Position numbers and translations under genes: made by a program. A stretch of 64,000 nucleotides of DNA from an uncultured beta proteobacterium (lineage in GTDB: Bacteria > Pseudomonadota > Gammaproteobacteria > Burkholderiales > Burkholderiaceae_C): NCBI GenBank assembly GCA_963750665.1, contig CAVVRQ010000028.1, forward strand, positions 299,101 through 363,100, in the 5' to 3' direction. This document shows positions 1 through 11,853 of this stretch, piece after piece; the stretch's first letter is position 1, and every line of letters starts with the position of its first letter. Below the pieces are notes generated by a model. That model saw only the letters and a list, made by a program, of their open reading frames with translations. It did no database searches and was not told where the DNA came from.

Positions 1-5
1 CCCTG

Positions 6-2549
6 TTGGGCGACCGCATTCGCATGAATGCCATCAACCCATGGCGAGAGGGGCCGCGCGTCTTCATGCGCAGTCTCGCGACGCGTGACTTTGGCAGTGA
101 AATCAGCGCGTCGTTGCCCGACGTGATTGCCGCCTGCAAGGTGGCGGGTTTTGATTTGATCGTGGTCGAAACCTCGGGCATTGGCCAGGGCGACGCGGCG
201 ATCGTGCCGCATGTGGATGTGCCGCTGTATGTGATGACGCCCGAGTTTGGTGCCGCCAGCCAGCTTGAAAAGATCGACATGCTCGACTTTGCCGAATTCA
301 TCGCCATCAACAAGTTCGACCGCAAGGGCGCGCTCGACGCCTTGCGCGATGTTGCCAAACAGGTGCAGCGCAACAAGGAAGCCTTTGGCACACCGCTGGA
401 GCAGATGCCGGTGTTTGGCACCATGGCGGCACGCTTCAACGACGACGGCGTTACGGCGCTGTACCAGGCGCTGCGTACCCGCCTGGGCGAGCTCGGCTTG
501 CCACTGGCCGAGCCGCAGCTGCCGGCGGTTGCGACGCGTCACAGTACCAACCAGACCCCCGTGGTACCGGCCGGGCGCAGCCGCTACCTGGCTGAGATCA
601 GCGATACCGTGCGCTCTTTCAAGAAGAAGGCCCGCGCCCAGGCCGGCCTGGCGCGTGAAATTCAACAGCTCAAGGCCAGCGCGCAAATGCTGTTGGCCCA
701 TGATCCCTGCAAGGATGGTTCCGCCAAGCCCGGTGCGTATGGCACGGTGCTGGCGCTGGCCCAGGCGCGTAGTGAGCGCCAGGACCCGGCTTGCGCCAAG
801 CTGCTGGCGCAATGGCCGGCGATGCAAAGCGCCTATGCCGGTGATGAATATGTCGTCAAAATCCGCGACAAGGAAATCCGCACCGCGCTCACCACCAAGT
901 CGCTCAGCGGCACCACCATCCGCAAAGTGTGCCTGCCGCAATTTGAGGACCACGGCGAAATCCTGAAATGGCTGATGCTCGACAACGTGCCGGGCAGCTA
1001 TCCCTACACCGCTGGCACCTTCGCCTTCAAACGCGAGGGCGAAGACCCGACCCGCATGTTCGCCGGTGAAGGCGACGCCTTTCGCACCAACACGCGCTTC
1101 AAATTATTGAGTTCTGGCATGGCGGCCAAGCGTTTGAGCACCGCGTTTGACTCGGTCACGCTCTACGGCAACGACCCGGATCCGCGCCCGGATATTTACG
1201 GCAAGGTCGGCAACTCAGGCGTGTCGATCGCCACGCTTGACGACCTGAAAGTGCTCTACGGCGGCTTCGATTTGTGCAGCCCCACGACCAGCGTGAGCAT
1301 GACCATCAACGGCCCGGCGCCGAGCATCCTGGCGATGTTCATGAACACTGCCATTGACCAGAACATTGACAAGTTCAAGGCGGACAACGGCCGCGAACCG
1401 ACCGAGACTGAAACGGCCAAGATCAAGGAATGGGTGCAGGAGAACGTGCGCGGCACGGTGCAGGCCGACATCCTGAAAGAGGACCAGGGGCAAAACACCT
1501 GCATTTTCTCCACCGAATTCAGCCTGAAAGTGATGGGCGACATTGCCGAATATTTTGTGCACAACCGGGTGCGCAATTTCTACAGCGTGTCGATCAGCGG
1601 CTACCACATTGCCGAAGCCGGTGCCAATCCGATTTCGCAACTGGCATTTACCTTGTCCAACGGCTTCACCTTTGTCGAGGCTTATCTGGCGCGCGGCATG
1701 CACATCGACGACTTTGCGCCCAACCTCTCCTTCTTTTTCAGCAATGGCATGGACCCCGAATACACCGTAATGGGCCGCGTCGCGCGGCGCATCTGGGCGG
1801 TGGCGATGAAGGAGAAATACGGCGCCAATGAGCGCAGCCAGAAGCTCAAATACCACATCCAGACCAGTGGCCGCAGCCTGCACGCGCAGGAGATCCAGTT
1901 CAACGACATCCGCACCACGCTGCAAGCGCTGATCGCGATTTACGACAACTGCAACAGCCTGCACACCAACGCGTTTGACGAAGCCATCACCACGCCAACC
2001 GAAGACTCGGTGCGCCGCGCCATGGCAATCCAGCTCATCATCAACCGCGAGTGGGGCCTGGCCATGAACGAGAACCCGAACCAGGGTGCCTTCATCATCG
2101 AGGACCTGACTGAACTGGTGGAAGAAGCCGTACTGCTCGAATTTGAGCGCATCTCGGAGCGCGGCGGCGTGCTCGGGGCCATGGAAACCGGCTACCAGCG
2201 CGGGCGCATCCAGGACGAATCGATGCACTACGAAATGCTTAAACACACCGGCGAATTCCCGATCATCGGCGTCAACACCTTCCGCAACCCGCATGGCGAC
2301 GCGGTGCACGACACGCTGGAGCTGGCGCGCTCAACTGAGGAAGAAAAGAAAAGCCAGCTCAAACGCCTGGCCGATTTTCATGCGCGGCACGCCAAACAGT
2401 CACCAGCGATGCTCAAACGTCTGCAGCAAGCCGTGATTCACAACCAGAACGTCTTTGAAGTGCTGATGGACGCCGTGCGCGTCTGCTCCCTCGGCCAGAT
2501 CACCAATGCGCTGTTTGAGGTCGGCGGGCAGTACAGAAGAAACATGTAA
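6..2549 (+). CDS. icmF: Fused isobutyryl-CoA mutase/MeaB GTPase IcmF (5'-truncated by window edge)
   Basis: MeaB-type GTPase motifs ([13 protein letters not shown]) fused to an acyl-CoA mutase barrel ([27 protein letters not shown]). Phe in RMFAG matches the IcmF specificity residue. The frame is open to the window start. Confidence 0.92.
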   Translation: MGDRIRMNAINPWREGPRVFMRSLATRDFGSEISASLPDVIAACKVAGFDLIVVETSGIGQGDAAIVPHVDVPLYVMTPEFGAASQLEKIDMLDFAEFIAINKFDRKGALDALRDVAKQVQRNKEAFGTPLEQMPVFGTMAARFNDDGVTALYQALRTRLGELGLPLAEPQLPAVATRHSTNQTPVVPAGRSRYLAEISDTVRSFKKKARAQAGLAREIQQLKASAQMLLAHDPCKDGSAKPGAYGTVLALAQARSERQDPACAKLLAQWPAMQSAYAGDEYVVKIRDKEIRTALTTKSLSGTTIRKVCLPQFEDHGEILKWLMLDNVPGSYPYTAGTFAFKREGEDPTRMFAGEGDAFRTNTRFKLLSSGMAAKRLSTAFDSVTLYGNDPDPRPDIYGKVGNSGVSIATLDDLKVLYGGFDLCSPTTSVSMTINGPAPSILAMFMNTAIDQNIDKFKADNGREPTETETAKIKEWVQENVRGTVQADILKEDQGQNTCIFSTEFSLKVMGDIAEYFVHNRVRNFYSVSISGYHIAEAGANPISQLAFTLSNGFTFVEAYLARGMHIDDFAPNLSFFFSNGMDPEYTVMGRVARRIWAVAMKEKYGANERSQKLKYHIQTSGRSLHAQEIQFNDIRTTLQALIAIYDNCNSLHTNAFDEAITTPTEDSVRRAMAIQLIINREWGLAMNENPNQGAFIIEDLTELVEEAVLLEFERISERGGVLGAMETGYQRGRIQDESMHYEMLKHTGEFPIIGVNTFRNPHGDAVHDTLELARSTEEEKKSQLKRLADFHARHAKQSPAMLKRLQQAVIHNQNVFEVLMDAVRVCSLGQITNALFEVGGQYRRNM

Positions 2550-2649
2550 ATTTGGAGTTGCCAAGTTATGCAATGACCGCCACTTGCGCCCGATAGCGCC
2601 GCAGCGGATACTTCGCACTGGAGGACCAATCGCCTTGTGAGGAGTTGCC

Positions 2650-3810
2650 ATGTTGTTCCGAAAGCTGGCTGTTAGCACTTGTCTGATCGCGCTTGCGGGC
2701 TGTGCTGGAGCTCCGCTGGCATCGATGCCCGAGGCACAAATCTGGCAGGACGAGGCCTTTGACTACCATCCACAGCGGATGCCCGAAACGCTGGCCACGC
2801 TTTTCTATCTGGATGAATCAGTGGTGCGCACTTTTAAGGCAACAGAGCGTCGGCACTATACGACGGAGAAACGACTCGATCAGCTCCTTTCGCAAATGTA
2901 CAGCCGGGACGGCATCCGGCTGTCGTATGCTGGCGGTCACTCCACCGGTGCCGCCCAGACCTGGACTGACAAACGCGGTGACTGCCTGTCGCTAACCATT
3001 CTGACATACGCTGCCGCCAAGGCGCTGGGCCTGGCGCCGCACATGCAGGAAGTCCGTGTTCCAATGGCCATAGACCGCCGCGATGGCGTGGACTTCATCA
3101 ACGGCCATGTCAATGTTTTCATCCGCACCCAGGCTCCAATAACGATTGATGGCCGTTCATTACAGTCCGGCGGCGTGGTCCTCGACTTTGATCCGCAGCC
3201 GGGATACCAGCGACCCGGCCAATGGCTCACCGAGGACGAAATTCTGGCCCGCTTTTACAACAACCGTGCCACCGAATACCTGGTGCGCAAGGACGACGCC
3301 AGCGCCTATGCCTATTACCGCTCGGCCATCACTGCGGACAAGCATTTCGGCCCGGCCTTTGCCAATCTCGCCCAGTTGTACCAACGACGTGGCCTGTTGC
3401 CACAGGCCGAAATGCTGTTGCGCCACGCAATCGCCCTTCAGGGGCCATCGTATGCGCCCTTGTGGTCGATGCAAAAACTATTGCAGGCGCAAGGGCGTGA
3501 CGCCGAAGCGGACCAGTTTGCGCAACTGTTGAAGAAGCGTCAGGATGAGGACCCCTACTACTGGTTGGGCCTCGGCCTGGAGGCCATGCAGAGTGGGCAT
3601 TTTGAGTCGGCCATTGCGGCCCTGGAGCGTGCCGCAGCGTTGACCAGCGGCTTTGAAGAAATTCACAGCAATCTGGCTGTTGCCTACTGGCGCAATGGCC
3701 AGCCCGACGAAGCCGGCAAGCAACTTAAGGTGCTTGCCGCGCTCAACAGCAAAGATCCGAACTTCGCGCTGCTGAGCCGCAAGTTGGGGGCGCCGCTGCC
3801 CGGGCCCTAA
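2650..3810 (+). CDS. Putative lipoprotein with transglutaminase-like domain and C-terminal TPR repeats
   Basis: Lipobox LAGC at residues 15-18; GDCLS...GHVN...LDFD (possible Cys-His-Asp triad); TPR-like helices ([24 protein letters not shown]); SD GAGGAG upstream. Confidence 0.7.
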   Translation: MLFRKLAVSTCLIALAGCAGAPLASMPEAQIWQDEAFDYHPQRMPETLATLFYLDESVVRTFKATERRHYTTEKRLDQLLSQMYSRDGIRLSYAGGHSTGAAQTWTDKRGDCLSLTILTYAAAKALGLAPHMQEVRVPMAIDRRDGVDFINGHVNVFIRTQAPITIDGRSLQSGGVVLDFDPQPGYQRPGQWLTEDEILARFYNNRATEYLVRKDDASAYAYYRSAITADKHFGPAFANLAQLYQRRGLLPQAEMLLRHAIALQGPSYAPLWSMQKLLQAQGRDAEADQFAQLLKKRQDEDPYYWLGLGLEAMQSGHFESAIAALERAAALTSGFEEIHSNLAVAYWRNGQPDEAGKQLKVLAALNSKDPNFALLSRKLGAPLPGP

Positions 3811-4592
3811 TGAGGGCATGCAGCCGGTCGAGCCGCCAGCGCCAGTGCCAGTGCCACGTATTCGGCAACCGGCACTTCTTCTGCGCGTCGCTGGACATCA
3901 AAGGCATCGGCATAGCCCTTGGCTTGCAGCCAGTGACCCAAGCTATGGCGCAATAGCTTGCGCCGTTGGCTGAAAGCCACGCGGACCAGTTCGCTCAGCA
4001 GTTTGACATCCACCGTATTTGCCTGAGCGTGCGGCCGCATGCGAACCACGGCACTGTGGACGCGCGGCGGCGGCTCGAAACTCTCCGGTGCCACGGCCAA
4101 CATACGCTCCATGGCGTAGCGCCATTGCAGCATGACGCTCAAACGACCGTAATCTGCGGTGGCCGGACGCGCCAGCATGCGATCAACGACCTCCTTTTGC
4201 AGCATGAAGTGCTGGTCTTCAATGACCTCGACGCAGTCCAGCAAACGAAACAGAATCGGCGTCGAAATGTTATAGGGCAGGTTGCCAACTACTCTCAATT
4301 TAGTAGCACCCTGCGCCCGCGCAATCTGCGCAAAGTCCACTTTTAGCACATCCGATTGAATCACCGTGAGCTGCCGCTGCTGGCGCAGGCGCGCCACCAG
4401 GTCGCGGTCGAGCTCGATCACCGTCAACGCGCCCAATCGCTCCAGCAGCGGGCGCGTCAGGGCGGCCAGACCGGGGCCAATCTCCACCACGGTCTGCCCC
4501 GGCGCGGGCGCAATGGCGTTCACAATGGCGTCTATCACGCCGGCGTCGGTCAGAAAATGCTGACCAAAGCGTTTGCGCGCGATGTGCTTCAT
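3807..4592 (-). CDS. rsmA: 16S rRNA m6(2)A1518/1519 dimethyltransferase RsmA/KsgA
   Basis: [36 protein letters not shown] motifs; start reassigned to ATG at 4592. Confidence 0.97.
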   Translation of the reverse strand: MKHIARKRFGQHFLTDAGVIDAIVNAIAPAPGQTVVEIGPGLAALTRPLLERLGALTVIELDRDLVARLRQQRQLTVIQSDVLKVDFAQIARAQGATKLRVVGNLPYNISTPILFRLLDCVEVIEDQHFMLQKEVVDRMLARPATADYGRLSVMLQWRYAMERMLAVAPESFEPPPRVHSAVVRMRPHAQANTVDVKLLSELVRVAFSQRRKLLRHSLGHWLQAKGYADAFDVQRRAEEVPVAEYVALALALAARPAACPH

Positions 4593-4617
4593 AAGCTGCG
4601 CACGGCGCCAGCCACTT

Positions 4618-5997
4618 CTACTGCTGCGGCGGCTCGCGCAGCTCGACATAGGCCTTGCCGCGGATATCCTGCGCCCACACGGCATACGCCTCGTCGAGCT
4701 TCTTTTCGCGCAGCATGACACGGACCGCCTCGCGTTGCTGCTCGGGTGTCAAGGTGGCCTTGCGGCGCTCCAACAACTCGATCAAGTGCACGCCGAAACG
4801 TGACACCACGGGGTCGCTGACCTGACCCGCTGCAAGTCGGTTCATGGCGTCCTCGAATTCGGGCACAAACTGGCCTGGACTGACCCAGCCCAGGTCGCCG
4901 CCCTCGCTCGCGCTGGCGTCCTGCGAAAATTCGCGCGCCAAGGCCGCAAAATCGGCCTGTTTGGACAGGATTCGCTTTTTAAGGTCGATCAACCTGGCGC
5001 GTGCCGCAGCCTCGCTGAGCTGGGGGCTCAGGCGCAACAGGATATGGCGCGCGTGACTTTGCGTAACCGCCATGGTGGCCAGCGCCGCATTGACTTTTTC
5101 AAACACCTTGAGAATGTGAAAGCCCGCGCTGGAACGCACCAAGGCCGAAACTTCGCCGACGGCCAGATTTTTTGTGGCGTCAACAAAAAGTGCTGGGTAC
5201 CGGTCTGCCTTGCGCAAGCCCATCTGACCGCCATTGGCAAGGTCGGGTGCATCCGAGAATTCGCGCACCAGGGCGACAAAGTCTTCTCCGGCACGGGCAC
5301 GGTCGAGCGCGCGCTGCGCCCGCGCCTGCAAGGCGGCCAGTTGCACCGGGGTAGTCGAATCAGGGACCACCACCAAGATCTGCGCCAGGTTGATTTCCAG
5401 GTTGGCGGGGTCGTTATTGACTTGCTGCTCCTGCAGGTATTGATCGACCTCTGCATCCGAGACCCGCACGCGCATTTCAACTTCACGTTCACGCAGCCGC
5501 GTGAGCATGAGTTGGTCGCGCAGCTGCTCACGCAACTGAGTGTGTCCGGCCGCGTCGCGCGCCAGACGGCGTCGCAGCTCGGCGACATCCATCTGGTTTT
5601 GCCGCGCCACACCTTGTTCAGCCTGATCAATGGCGGCGCTGTCCACCTGAATGCCCGACTCTCGCGCCACCTGGAGCTGCGCCTTCTCGTTGATCAGTCG
5701 CTCCAGCACCTGGCGCGCGAGTTCCCTGACATCCGGTTGGGGGGGTCTGCTTTGCTGAGCGAGTTGCTGCAGCACCCGTCGCAGCGCGGAGCGCACTTCG
5801 TTGTTGGTGATCGGCTCGGCATTGACCACGGCGACGATGAAGTCTGCCGCCGGTTCAACCGAGGTGGGCACCCGAATCGGTGCGGCGACACCGACGCCGG
5901 CACCGCTCGTCGATGGGCGCAAACCCTGGGCTGACACAGTCAAGGAGGCAAGAACGGCAAGGCTGGCCGCGCACAGGGCCAAAAGGCGATGGGTCAT
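4618..5997 (-). CDS. surA: Periplasmic chaperone/peptidyl-prolyl isomerase SurA
   Basis: Signal peptide, SurA N-domain ([11 protein letters not shown]), two parvulin domains (GGQMG..., GGDLGW, GVHLI); located downstream of lptD. Confidence 0.95.
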   Translation of the reverse strand: MTHRLLALCAASLAVLASLTVSAQGLRPSTSGAGVGVAAPIRVPTSVEPAADFIVAVVNAEPITNNEVRSALRRVLQQLAQQSRPPQPDVRELARQVLERLINEKAQLQVARESGIQVDSAAIDQAEQGVARQNQMDVAELRRRLARDAAGHTQLREQLRDQLMLTRLREREVEMRVRVSDAEVDQYLQEQQVNNDPANLEINLAQILVVVPDSTTPVQLAALQARAQRALDRARAGEDFVALVREFSDAPDLANGGQMGLRKADRYPALFVDATKNLAVGEVSALVRSSAGFHILKVFEKVNAALATMAVTQSHARHILLRLSPQLSEAAARARLIDLKKRILSKQADFAALAREFSQDASASEGGDLGWVSPGQFVPEFEDAMNRLAAGQVSDPVVSRFGVHLIELLERRKATLTPEQQREAVRVMLREKKLDEAYAVWAQDIRGKAYVELREPPQQ

Positions 5998-6003
5998 GAT
6001 GGG

Positions 6004-8427
6004 TCAATCGTAGTTGCTGAAACGGCTGGGTGCGCTGCTTTGTTCGCGCAATAACTGGTAATTGGGAATATTGTCTCTCAAGCTCTTCAAGGGGTTGACG
6101 CCCAAACGCGTCAGGCCAACAAACTCAAGCTGGAACATGACGCGCTGATTGGCGGTCGCCGCACTCGTTTGCAGCCGCTCCAGCACGACGCGGCCCAGCC
6201 AGCAACCGGCGTCATACTCAAACCCAGCCACGGCATTGACCAGTTTGCCTTCATCCAGGCTGTAGTTGAGTCGCCCGACGCTATACCAGCGGCCCTCGCC
6301 CTGGCCACGGCCACGCCCCAGGTCCTGCCCGCGGTCGCCCCACAGATCGTTGATCGGCCACTGCCAGCCGATGTCAATCTGCTCGCTGACATTGCGTTGG
6401 TAGCGGTAAGTCCCGGTCAATACCCGGTAGTTGCCCGGGCTGTAGCGCGCGCCCAGCGTGGCCAATTCGGACTGCCGGATGGCCGGGCTGTACTGCACGG
6501 TCGCAGCCAACGACCAGGTCGGACTCCAGTTGACCGAGGTACCCAGCAACAGGTCACTGATCCCGCTGGGCACCGGGCTGCCCCCGGGCAAGACCACATT
6601 CTGGTCTTTGAAGCGCACGCGCTGCGCCACGCCAAGACGCACGGCCTCGGCACCACTTTCCGGATCAAGCAGACGCGTCGTCAGGCCCAGCGTGAGCAGG
6701 TTGCTGTCCGAAATGCGGTCATTGCCGACAAAGGCGTTTTCTGAATAGATTGATGCAAAGTTGAAGTCGCTGGCACCCGAATCGTAATTGGGCAGCAGGT
6801 TCTGCTCGCGATAGGGGGTGTTGACATAGAAGGCACGCGGTTCGAGCGTCTGCCGAAAATTGCGGCCAAAGTAGCGCGCGTCACGCTCAAACACCAGGCC
6901 GCTATCGAGGCTGATAGTCGGCACAACGACAGTCGCTGACGTACTGTCATTCAATGCACTGGACAATTGGTAGTTGGCCACATGCAGCTTGAGCTTGGGC
7001 GTAATGAAGCCGGCCGGCGCGATCCAGGGCCGACTCACCTGTAGCGACGAGAATACGCGTTGTGCATTGGGCTGTAGCGTCAAACCGCTGTCGGATTTAA
7101 ATTGGGTGTAATCAGCATCGATCGAGTAATCAAAGCCATTCACGTCGAGCCGGCCATAGTGCGAAGTCAATTGGGGCAGACGGTCGTAGGGTGGGATGAT
7201 GGGCGCTGTCACGTCCTGCAGGGTTTGCCAGCGCACGGTGCGCACACTGTTCGAAAAATTGCCGCTACTCCATGACAAGGCGGCGTCGTTGGCCAACAAG
7301 CGTTGCGTCAGCGAGCTGGAGGCACCCGAAAAATCGCTCCAGTAATTGTCATCACTGACCCGATTCAAATTCAGATTGAAGGCCATGCTACCGGTGTCAA
7401 AAATATTCTTGACGACCGCATGGTGGGCGTAGGACAGACCCCAGCGGCTGCTCTGGCGCAGTTGATCGGCGGGCATCCAGTCGAACTGAAGTCGGCCCGA
7501 ATAGTCCGCCTCCAGATAGCGAAATTCATTACTCAGATCAACGCCACGTTTGCTCATCAGTGTGGGTGTCAAGGTGGCATCGCGGTTGGGTGCAATGTTC
7601 CAGTAATACGGCACCGACAGCACCGCCCCATTGACATTGTCGAGCTCCAGCGTCGGCGGCATGAAGCCGGACTTGCGTTTGTCGCTGAGCGGAAAACTTA
7701 AATATGGCACCGGCAACAAAGGCACGCCCTTGAAGCTCAACAAGGCACCTTCGGCGGTGCCCACGTCCTCTTCGTTATCGACGCGAATGGTGTTGGCACG
7801 TAAAATCCAGTCGGGCAGCCAACTCGGCCCCGGCAGACGCCGACAGGTGGTCAGGCTGGCGTTGCGAATGATGGCCCGGTCTTCGTCAATGAAGTCCACC
7901 CGGCTCGCTTCGCCGTGCGCATCGTTTTTGAGAAAGTAGTAGCGCGGCTCGATAAAGAAACCCTCGAATGCATCAAGTTTAAGTTCCAGCAACGGACCTT
8001 GGTACACGTTGCCAGCCCGGTTGATGAGCACTTGACCGCGCGCTTTGGCCAAGTCAGTCGATTGGTCATACTCGAGATGGTTGGCCTTGATCACGGTGTC
8101 GCCCCGGCGCAGTTCGCCATTGCCTTCGACCACGGTCTCCAGATCGGGGCGACCGAACAGACGATCACCATAAATGAAAGTCGGCAGCCCAACGCCAGCG
8201 GCCTGGGGAACTTGCTCCTGCAACAAAGCGCTGCTGGTCAACCCCGGCAAGGCCTCGCCCTGAGCCCGGGCAGGTGTCGCCGACAGCAACGACAAGGCCA
8301 GCAGCAGCACTGTCGCTACAGCAGAACCGGCAAAAGGCAGCCGTTGCTTCAGGTCATGCATCAGAAGGCGCATCGGGCAGGGTCTGTGGCAGGCATGAGG
8401 GCAGTTAGTAAAGGAACGCGGGCGCAT
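6004..8427 (-). CDS. lptD: LPS-assembly protein LptD (true start probably 8373 or 8361)
   Basis: OstA-like N-domain, TTC motif, PYYWNIAPNRDAT, LEPRAFYV, EYDAGCW; lptD-surA-rsmA order. Confidence 0.95.
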   Translation of the reverse strand: MRPRSFTNCPHACHRPCPMRLLMHDLKQRLPFAGSAVATVLLLALSLLSATPARAQGEALPGLTSSALLQEQVPQAAGVGLPTFIYGDRLFGRPDLETVVEGNGELRRGDTVIKANHLEYDQSTDLAKARGQVLINRAGNVYQGPLLELKLDAFEGFFIEPRYYFLKNDAHGEASRVDFIDEDRAIIRNASLTTCRRLPGPSWLPDWILRANTIRVDNEEDVGTAEGALLSFKGVPLLPVPYLSFPLSDKRKSGFMPPTLELDNVNGAVLSVPYYWNIAPNRDATLTPTLMSKRGVDLSNEFRYLEADYSGRLQFDWMPADQLRQSSRWGLSYAHHAVVKNIFDTGSMAFNLNLNRVSDDNYWSDFSGASSSLTQRLLANDAALSWSSGNFSNSVRTVRWQTLQDVTAPIIPPYDRLPQLTSHYGRLDVNGFDYSIDADYTQFKSDSGLTLQPNAQRVFSSLQVSRPWIAPAGFITPKLKLHVANYQLSSALNDSTSATVVVPTISLDSGLVFERDARYFGRNFRQTLEPRAFYVNTPYREQNLLPNYDSGASDFNFASIYSENAFVGNDRISDSNLLTLGLTTRLLDPESGAEAVRLGVAQRVRFKDQNVVLPGGSPVPSGISDLLLGTSVNWSPTWSLAATVQYSPAIRQSELATLGARYSPGNYRVLTGTYRYQRNVSEQIDIGWQWPINDLWGDRGQDLGRGRGQGEGRWYSVGRLNYSLDEGKLVNAVAGFEYDAGCWLGRVVLERLQTSAATANQRVMFQLEFVGLTRLGVNPLKSLRDNIPNYQLLREQSSAPSRFSNYD

Positions 8428-8451
8428 CGGGCTTTGTAGAATGGATTATCC

Positions 8452-9540
8452 ATGACACCCGCCATTGCCCCCGCCGCCACGCTCAGCGCTGCCCCGACCT
8501 GGTCTGACACCCAACGCGCGCATGATTTCACTGCCTGGTTGGGCACGCTGGTAGAAGCCCACGGATTGAAAATCCAAACGCTGCGCATGGCCTCGGCCGA
8601 TGCCAGTTTTCGGCGCTACTTCCGCATCGACGCGTCCGCCAGCAGCTTTATCATCATGGACGCCCCGCCCGCCCAGGAAGACTGCCGTCCTTTCATCGCG
8701 GTAGCCCGGCTGATGGAACAGGCCGGTCTGCTGGTGCCACAGGTGCTGGCGTGGCAGCAGCAGCAGGGTTTTCTGCTGCTCAGCGACCTCGGGTCGCAGA
8801 CCATGCTGCAGGGCATTGTGAGCGAATCGGCCACGGCCAACCGGGCCTTGTACCTGAAAGCGGTTGATGCGCTGATTGCCTGGCAGAGCGCATCCCGCCC
8901 CGGCGTGTTGCCCGTTTATGACGAAGCCCTGCTGCGGCGCGAGCTGGAGCTGTTTCCAGACTGGTACCTGGCGCGCCATCGCAGTGTGGCTGTTGAGGGT
9001 GAGCTGCGCCGCACGCTCGATCAAAGCTTTGCGCAGATTGTTGCGAACAATCTGAGCTCGCCGAGTGTCTATGTGCACCGCGACTTCATGCCGCGCAACC
9101 TGATGATTGCAGGCAATGAAGCAGGGTCGCGCCTGGGTGTGCTGGACTTTCAGGACGCCGTTTATGGCCCCATCACCTATGACATTGCCAGCCTGATGCG
9201 CGACGCGTTCCTGAGTTGGGACGAAGATTTTTGTCTCGACATCACCATCCGTTACTGGGAACAGGCGCGCCAAGCGGGTTTGCCGGTGGGCGACGATTTT
9301 GGCGAGTTTTACCGTGGCGTGGAATGGATGGGTTTGCAGCGCCACCTTAAAGTGGCCGGTATTTTTGCGCGCCTCACGTTGCGCGACGGCAAGCCGCAGT
9401 ACCTGGCCGATACACCGCGTTTCATCGGCTACATTCACGCCACCTGTGCGCGTTACCGCGAACTCAAGCCCCTGCTACGGCTGATGGAAAAGGTCGAGGG
9501 GATCGAAACCGTTAGCGCCTTCGCCTTTGGCCGGACATAA
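8452..9540 (+). CDS. amgK: Aminoglycoside-phosphotransferase-family kinase, MurNAc/GlcNAc kinase AmgK
   Basis: DASFRRYFR, HRDFMPRNLM, LDFQDA, QRHLKVAGIFARL..RDGK; divergent from lptD as is typical. Confidence 0.85.
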   Translation: MTPAIAPAATLSAAPTWSDTQRAHDFTAWLGTLVEAHGLKIQTLRMASADASFRRYFRIDASASSFIIMDAPPAQEDCRPFIAVARLMEQAGLLVPQVLAWQQQQGFLLLSDLGSQTMLQGIVSESATANRALYLKAVDALIAWQSASRPGVLPVYDEALLRRELELFPDWYLARHRSVAVEGELRRTLDQSFAQIVANNLSSPSVYVHRDFMPRNLMIAGNEAGSRLGVLDFQDAVYGPITYDIASLMRDAFLSWDEDFCLDITIRYWEQARQAGLPVGDDFGEFYRGVEWMGLQRHLKVAGIFARLTLRDGKPQYLADTPRFIGYIHATCARYRELKPLLRLMEKVEGIETVSAFAFGRT

Positions 9541-9541
9541 C

Positions 9542-11032
9542 GTGAAACAACAATTTCGCAAATTGGCACCGGCACAAACAGCCCTGCTTGCGCTGCTCGC
9601 TGCGCTGGCGCTTGGCTGTCCGGCGCTAGCCCAAGCTGACGCGCCAAGCAAGCCCTGCCGCGTCCCGGGCATCAAAACCAGCGTGTTGTGCGGCTCCCTG
9701 ACGCGAGCGCTCAATCCGGACACAGCGACCGGGCCGCAAGTGGACATTCACTATGTGGTGCTGCCCGCGCTGGCACGGCGCAAGCTGCCCGACGCGGTGT
9801 TTTTTCTGGCCGGTGGTCCCGGTCAAAGTGCCATCCGCCTGGCCGGTCAGGTCAGCGCGCAAATGGTGCGCCTGAACAACCGGCGCGATCTGGTGTTCAT
9901 TGACCAGCGCGGCACGGGCCAGTCAGCCCCCCTGATGTGCGACGAAGACCGGCACAGCAGCCTGGCGCAACAACTCGACCGTCAGTGGCAGGACGGCCGC
10001 TTGCGCCAGTGCCTGCGTCAGCTCCAGCAACTGCCCTACGGCGATCTGCGTTACTTCACCACCACGATTGCAATGCAGGATGTCAACGCGGTGCGACAGG
10101 CGCTGGGGGCACAGCGCATCAATCTGGTCGGCGGCTCCTACGGCACGCGCGCCGCTTTGGAGTACCTGCGCCAGTTTCCCCAGACCGTGCGGCGCACGGT
10201 GATCGACGGCGTGGCGCCACCCGATATGGCACTGCCGGCCAGCGCTTCGGCTGACAACCAGCGCGCCCTCGACAGCCTGTTGGCCGCGTGCGAGCGCGAG
10301 GCTGTCTGCAGCAAGACCTACCCCCGGCTGCAAGCAAATTGGAAGGCCTTGCTGGCTGGCCTGCCCAGGACCGTGGCGGTGACCGACCCGCTTACTGGCA
10401 CGCACGAGCGCCTGAACCTCACGCGCGAGACGCTGCTGGGTGCCGTGCGCGCGCCCTTGTATGTCCCGGTAATGGCCTCGGCACTGCCGCAGGCCATCAC
10501 AGATGCCGCACAGGGTCGTTTCGGGGCGCTGCTGGGTTTGGGCAGCCTGTTCAATGCACACGGGCCTGATCGCCTCGCCATGGGCATGCACTTCTCGGTG
10601 CTGTGCGCTGAAGACATGCCACGCACGGCGAGCAGCCCGGACCAGGCGGGAGCCGACTTTGGCGCGGAGTTTGCCCAGATCTACAGCAGCACCTGTGACT
10701 ACTGGCCGCGTGGGGCCGTGCCGCCGGGCTTTTACAACATAGCGCCCAGCCCGACTGCTGCGCTGGTGCTCAGCGGCGGGCTCGACCCGGTCACGCCACC
10801 GCGGCACGGTGCGCGCGTGGCGCAGGCGCTGGGCAGCAAGGCGCGCCATGTGGTGGTGCCCCAGGCCGGACACGGCGTGCTGACCTTGGCCTGTCTGCGC
10901 GATGTGCTGTTTCGCTTTATCGACGCCGAGGATGACGCCGGCGCCAGCACGGTGGATGCCTCCTGTGCCAGCAAGGTTCCGCGACCGCCGGTGTTCGTGC
11001 CGGTGGCGCGCGCCCAGGAGTCGTCGTCATGA
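9542..11032 (+). CDS. Secreted alpha/beta hydrolase, tripeptidyl-aminopeptidase (TAP/S33)-like
   Basis: Signal peptide; AGGPG, DQRGTG, nucleophile GGSYG, C-terminal DPVTP and GHG; probable GTG start at 9542. Confidence 0.8.
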   Translation: MKQQFRKLAPAQTALLALLAALALGCPALAQADAPSKPCRVPGIKTSVLCGSLTRALNPDTATGPQVDIHYVVLPALARRKLPDAVFFLAGGPGQSAIRLAGQVSAQMVRLNNRRDLVFIDQRGTGQSAPLMCDEDRHSSLAQQLDRQWQDGRLRQCLRQLQQLPYGDLRYFTTTIAMQDVNAVRQALGAQRINLVGGSYGTRAALEYLRQFPQTVRRTVIDGVAPPDMALPASASADNQRALDSLLAACEREAVCSKTYPRLQANWKALLAGLPRTVAVTDPLTGTHERLNLTRETLLGAVRAPLYVPVMASALPQAITDAAQGRFGALLGLGSLFNAHGPDRLAMGMHFSVLCAEDMPRTASSPDQAGADFGAEFAQIYSSTCDYWPRGAVPPGFYNIAPSPTAALVLSGGLDPVTPPRHGARVAQALGSKARHVVVPQAGHGVLTLACLRDVLFRFIDAEDDAGASTVDASCASKVPRPPVFVPVARAQESSS

Positions 11033-11853
11033 TCGAAATTGAACACCTGGCACGCGCCTTTGCGGCACCGCGCCCGGCGCGCCAGGACTGGTCCTGGCGA
11101 TCAATTGAGTTCAAACGCAGCAGGGCCCCTTTGGTGCAGGCCGTGCGCGACGTGAGTTTGACGGCACCCAATGGCCAGATTACCGGTTTGCTGGGCCCCA
11201 ACGGCGCGGGCAAAACTACCACCTTGCGCATGCTGGCAGGCCTCATCACACCCGATGCCGGACGCATCAACGTCGATGGCATCGATGTAGTCACGCAGCC
11301 GCAGGCGGCGTTGGCGCGCATGGGGGTGCTCAGTGATGCGCGCGGCCTGTACCCGCGCCTGAGTGCGCGTGAAAACATTGTCTATTTCGGGCGCTTGCAG
11401 GGCATGCGCCGTGACGCGGCGCACGCGCGCGCCGAGACGCTGGCGCAGATGCTTGACCTGAGCGCCTTGCTGGAGCGCCGCACTGACGGCTTCAGTCAGG
11501 GTGAGCGCATGAAGACCGCACTGGCCCGCGCACTGGTGCACGACCCGGCCAACATCGTGCTCGACGAACCGACCAACGGCCTGGATGTTCTTGCCACACG
11601 CGCCTTGCGCGAATCGTTGCGCTTTCTGCGCACGCCCGCAGGCGGTGCCAAGTGCATCATTTTTTCAACCCACATCATGCAGGAGGTCGAGCGCTTGTGC
11701 GATAGCGTGGTGCTGGTGGCACACGGGCGCAGCGTGGCCAGCGGCAGCGTGAACGATTTGTTGCAGCGCACCGGCGAGCAGGATTTTGAGGAGGCGTTCG
11801 TCAAGCTGGCGTTTGCACCCATGGCAGGCACCGCCACCGGAGTTACAGCATGA
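11029..11853 (+). CDS. ABC exporter ATP-binding subunit (NatA-like)
   Basis: Walker A GPNGAGKT, signature FSQGE, Walker B VLDEP; 4-nt overlap with the upstream gene. Confidence 0.9.
   Translation: MIEIEHLARAFAAPRPARQDWSWRSIEFKRSRAPLVQAVRDVSLTAPNGQITGLLGPNGAGKTTTLRMLAGLITPDAGRINVDGIDVVTQPQAALARMGVLSDARGLYPRLSARENIVYFGRLQGMRRDAAHARAETLAQMLDLSALLERRTDGFSQGERMKTALARALVHDPANIVLDEPTNGLDVLATRALRESLRFLRTPAGGAKCIIFSTHIMQEVERLCDSVVLVAHGRSVASGSVNDLLQRTGEQDFEEAFVKLAFAPMAGTATGVTA

Noticed and set aside
2554-2650. 10-bp direct repeat GGAGTTGCCA flanking about 77 nt between icmF and the TPR gene
   Set aside because: Could be a target-site duplication, but there are no terminal inverted repeats and the second copy is simply the RBS/start context; chance cannot be excluded.
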